Shown here: in pieces, positions 50,589 through 53,964 of the stretch
Layout of the letters: each line of letters opens with the position of its first letter
How positions within the stretch are numbered: the first letter of the stretch is position 1
DNA from: Bigelowiella natans CCMP2755
Taxonomy: Eukaryota; Protista; Cercozoa
Length of the DNA: 53,964 bases
Assembly: GCA_000320545.1 (NCBI GenBank)
Contig: ADNK01001075.1
Span: 1 to 53,964, forward strand
Reading direction: 5' to 3'
Translations under genes and position numbers: made by a program
The notes under the pieces: generated by a model
What the model saw: only the letters and a program-made list of their open reading frames with translations
Told to the model about the DNA's origin: nothing
Database searches by the model: none

Positions 50589-53500
50589 ATGTCACAGCAG
50601 CTAGAAGAACAGCAGGACTTTGGCTCGCAGGCCGTGCAAGGGCACGAGCAGAAACAGGAAAGGAAGGGCGATACGGACGCTAAGGAAGGAGGAGGAACAC
50701 CTCCACAGGCACCGCCGGGACCAGCACCCGGGATTAAGAAAGCAGATGCAGCAGCAGAGGCACTGGAGAACTTCTACGAGGCGGACGACGAGGACGTGGC
50801 CGCCGAAAGCAAGAAGGTCGTAATGGCATTACGAGCCTTGCGACCCAGGGCGAGCAACTACGCCAAACTGAAAGTATCGATAGAATACAAGTATCAGACA
50901 CATGATGTTTGGGCAGCTATCATGCAGGACATCATGGATTACGAAGCAGACTTACCTCCAGAGTGGGCAGCTTTGTTTAGGAACGACGGGGGTCTGGGCG
51001 CCTCGCGGGGGACGACCCAGAGCACCGTCAAGCAGCAGCAGCCGGTACAGCGGAACACCCAGTTCATGTCTGTTAAAACAGCACCGGTTATGATAACGAA
51101 ATACAACGGGAAAAGAGGTGAGGCAAGGAGGTGGTGGAAGAACGCTAGGAGTATACTCTGCGACTTTACCCCTAACCCCACCGAAAACGACAAGCTCAAA
51201 TGGCTAGCTATAATAAAGCAAGCCATGGACCTTTACGAGACAGGCAGGACCCGGATCAGGCAGCTAGAGAAAATACACACTACAGTTAGTGGGCTACGAG
51301 ACGTTGAGGCGATAATGAAGGCTTTTGTAAATGAACAGGATGCTAACTCCCTACCCCAGGCTATTAGAAAATACAGAGCAATGATGCAGCATGAGAGAGA
51401 ACCTGTTAGAGACTTTGCCACGCGCTTCCAGGATATGATCGACGAACTACATGATTTTAATTACAACACAGGTGATGATCAGGCAAGGTTTGAAGAGTTC
51501 AAGTTAAAGATAAAGGAATCCACTTACGTTACGGAGAAAGGCTACACCACGATGGAGGCAGCAGTGCAGGCTATATCCCTACGCGAGCAGGAGCAGGACC
51601 GCAAGTTTACCAGCCCTAAGGTACCTGGCATAGGAAACATTAACGCTATTAAGCCGCAGCGAGACTGGTACAAGGACAGGGAAGGTAACCGACGTTGCGG
51701 ATACTGCTCACGTAAAGGGAAACACACCGCTAAAGACTGCAGAGACAGGAAAGAAGGACGACCCAGGATGACGATCAGGCAGCTCAACGAACACTACGAG
51801 AAGTTAAAGAGAAAGAAAGGCAGAGGACAAGGATATAACAACAGCAAATGGCAAGGCAGCAACAACGGGAAGAACAATAAATATAAGAACAAAAAGCAGA
51901 ACAGTATCAATGCTATACAGCAGCAGATAAACGGAATATTAGATCACCTTAAGCAGGCGCCGACGAAGACAGCAGTACCAGCAACGCAGGACCAAGACAA
52001 GCCCATGACCCTAGACGACATAAAGAACTTAGGAGTATGCAACATTAATGACGAAGACGCTAACAGGACTATCAAAGTTGCTATGACCAAGGTTAAAGTT
52101 AAAGACAGCTACGGAGACTACAAGAAACTACCTGCCCTTTGGGATAGTGGCAGCATGCCGAAGTCCTTCATAAGCCTAAGCACAGTAAGAAGGTTAGGAC
52201 TATTGGATCAAGTGACTAAGAAAGAACGTAAATATGCTCAAGCAGACGGAAGCTCTTCCATGAAGACCGTCGGTGAGCTAATGCTAAAGCTACAGATACC
52301 TGGCAGCGACGCGGAGACCCAAATCAAGACCCGAGTAGCCATGACTTTATCCATGGAACTACTCCTCGGACAGGATGCCCTAGAAAAATTAGGGGGGATC
52401 ATATCATTCTACAATCACAAGATATACTTTGCTAAGTTGCCAAAGAAGTCAGGCAGGACCATCAGCCAGAACATGATACGGCTTGACGAGTGGACCTCTG
52501 AGTCAAGCGTTAATGCGTTAGAGTTTATGGACCTAGCGGACAACAAGCTACCTACACCTACCGAGCTACGGAAGAAGAACCCCGGCAAGACCATCCGACA
52601 GATAACGGAGCTACTGGACAAGACCCCCCCAGCTGATGATTGGGATATCGACAAAGGCAAAAAGTACATTAATAAAATATTAAACGAGAAGTACTCTGAC
52701 ATCACCAAGCCGACGACGAAGCCCTCCAGCAAGCTTACCCCAGTAAAGATCGAGCTAAAGAAGGGATACGAAGAGTGCATCATCAATGACCCAGAACATA
52801 GGCGACCGGAAGCGGACTGGGAAAAGATAGAGTGGCAGATCAATGAATGGGCAAAGGAAGGGAAGATAGAGCCAAGCAACTCACCATGGAACGTGAGACA
52901 TGTGCTAGCTAAGAAACCTACTTACCCTTTCTTCCGCCTGGCGCACAACTTCATCCGCCACAACCGAGTAATAAAGAGGATCCAGACACCTACACCAAGG
53001 ATAGATGACGTTATTGAACACGTCATAGGATACAAATACTACTCTTCCCTAGATAAAAATGAATCATACATGCAGACACCCATCCACAAAACCTCCCGCC
53101 CCATTACCGCGTTCTCCAGCAGGCACAGGAAGTGGCACTTCGTCGTATTCCCTTACGGCCTAAGCATATCAGGGGATGCGTTCAGTAGTCAGAACTACAG
53201 GGCATACACACATGATGGGATGGCGTCTGTGTTGTGGGTGTTTGTGTTTGTGTATGTGGATGATGACATAATATGTACCAACACAGTCGTCGCTCAGATC
53301 TTCCTCCTGGAAAATATATTTATTAGGTTTGCACACTTCGGTTTTACTATTAGACTGCAGAAGTGTACATTCCTAGCTACAAGAATCAAGTGGTGTGGAT
53401 ATTACCTGGAGCAAGGCCGCATCACCCCAAACCCCGAGAAAGTAGCAGCACTACAGCAAGCCCCTAAACCTAAGAATGCAAAGGAGTTAAAGTCATTCTT

Positions 53501-53870
53501 GCAGACTGCAGCTTGGATACTACGTAGGTTCTCCCCTACCTACGCTAGGACTGCAGCTGCTTTTACTACTGCTTACCGGAAGGAGAACTCTGTAGGCCTC
53601 AGCTTCGCTAAGGTGTGGGCCAAGGCTGGCCTTGATGCCCACTTCGATAACCTAATAAAGTTATGCAGCAACACCCTATTGAATGCTAAGCTAGACACTA
53701 CTAGACCAGCTACCCTATGGACAGACTGGTCTAAGCTAGGTATGGCTGCTGTACTTACCCAAGACCAGCAGATCATACGGGTGTGGGGCAGGGCCTGCAC
53801 AGCAGCTGAGGCCAAGTACAGCCCTACAAAAGGAGAGTATAAAGCCATGACTGAGGCGCAGAGGAACTAA
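50589..53870 (+). CDS. Gag-Pol polyprotein (gag, zinc knuckle, aspartic protease, RT, RNase H); continues after a 1-nt frameshift to the window end
   Basis: CGYCSRKGKHTAKDC knuckle (~51696-51740); ALWDSGS protease (52143); RT motifs LDKNESYMQ, FPYGL, YVDD (53253-53264), KCTF; RNase H LWTDWSKLGMAAVL..AEAKYS..E. The shifted frame continues ELRYYLLSVPSFTLMTDHKLL. Confidence 0.93.
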   Translation: MSQQLEEQQDFGSQAVQGHEQKQERKGDTDAKEGGGTPPQAPPGPAPGIKKADAAAEALENFYEADDEDVAAESKKVVMALRALRPRASNYAKLKVSIEYKYQTHDVWAAIMQDIMDYEADLPPEWAALFRNDGGLGASRGTTQSTVKQQQPVQRNTQFMSVKTAPVMITKYNGKRGEARRWWKNARSILCDFTPNPTENDKLKWLAIIKQAMDLYETGRTRIRQLEKIHTTVSGLRDVEAIMKAFVNEQDANSLPQAIRKYRAMMQHEREPVRDFATRFQDMIDELHDFNYNTGDDQARFEEFKLKIKESTYVTEKGYTTMEAAVQAISLREQEQDRKFTSPKVPGIGNINAIKPQRDWYKDREGNRRCGYCSRKGKHTAKDCRDRKEGRPRMTIRQLNEHYEKLKRKKGRGQGYNNSKWQGSNNGKNNKYKNKKQNSINAIQQQINGILDHLKQAPTKTAVPATQDQDKPMTLDDIKNLGVCNINDEDANRTIKVAMTKVKVKDSYGDYKKLPALWDSGSMPKSFISLSTVRRLGLLDQVTKKERKYAQADGSSSMKTVGELMLKLQIPGSDAETQIKTRVAMTLSMELLLGQDALEKLGGIISFYNHKIYFAKLPKKSGRTISQNMIRLDEWTSESSVNALEFMDLADNKLPTPTELRKKNPGKTIRQITELLDKTPPADDWDIDKGKKYINKILNEKYSDITKPTTKPSSKLTPVKIELKKGYEECIINDPEHRRPEADWEKIEWQINEWAKEGKIEPSNSPWNVRHVLAKKPTYPFFRLAHNFIRHNRVIKRIQTPTPRIDDVIEHVIGYKYYSSLDKNESYMQTPIHKTSRPITAFSSRHRKWHFVVFPYGLSISGDAFSSQNYRAYTHDGMASVLWVFVFVYVDDDIICTNTVVAQIFLLENIFIRFAHFGFTIRLQKCTFLATRIKWCGYYLEQGRITPNPEKVAALQQAPKPKNAKELKSFLQTAAWILRRFSPTYARTAAAFTTAYRKENSVGLSFAKVWAKAGLDAHFDNLIKLCSNTLLNAKLDTTRPATLWTDWSKLGMAAVLTQDQQIIRVWGRACTAAEAKYSPTKGEYKAMTEAQRN

Positions 53871-53964
53871 GATACTACCTGCTGTCGGTGCCCAGCTTCA
53901 CCTTAATGACTGACCACAAGCTCCTCCTAGGCATCGACCGCAAGCTCGAAGCGCCTAACGATGA

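Larger units (their letters stand above)
50111..53964 (+). mobile_element. Ty3/gypsy LTR retrotransposon, 5' portion (truncated by the window end)
   Basis: Putative 5' LTR, PBS-like motif and a single gag-pol ORF in PR-RT-RNaseH order, with no integrase before RT, which excludes copia. Confidence 0.85.

Noticed and set aside
53221-53265. Sudden GT-rich patch in the A/C-rich retroelement
   Set aside because: Explained by the encoded VLWVFVFVYVDD residues of the RT active site.

Overview
Eukaryotic nuclear DNA from an intron-rich protist. Short GT-AG introns mostly carry a microsatellite; a chlorarachniophyte-like alga is only a guess. Splicing exons by hand gives five main elements. (1) A minus-strand sugar-nucleotidyltransferase gene running off the left edge (<57-2857). 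(2) An intronless, bacterial-looking PhyH 2OG-Fe(II) dioxygenase/HEAT-repeat gene with a beta-rich insertion (5626-7782, +). (3) The highlight: one spliced ~7-kb minus-strand gene (15495-8560) that the ORF track splits into many pieces. It encodes a signal peptide, a Cys-rich region, an S-HxxxE (Ntox11/LnaB-like) domain and an R-S-E-clade ADP-ribosyltransferase-like domain with His in place of the Arg, i.e. an apparent secreted dual-domain polymorphic-toxin-like protein in a eukaryote. (4) A ~31-kb minus-strand multi-exon gene (48628 to ~17450) for a surface receptor/adhesin: Pro/Ser/Thr/Tyr tandem repeats, three CUB domains, Pmp-like GGA[IV]/FxxN beta-helix, Cys-rich repeats and a multi-pass TM region. 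(5) A young Ty3/gypsy LTR retrotransposon truncated by the right edge (~50111-53964). Decayed AT-rich ORF remnants and TGCA/CATG-rich tracts flank the two bacterial-like genes. All domain calls are motif-based by eye; no searches were run.
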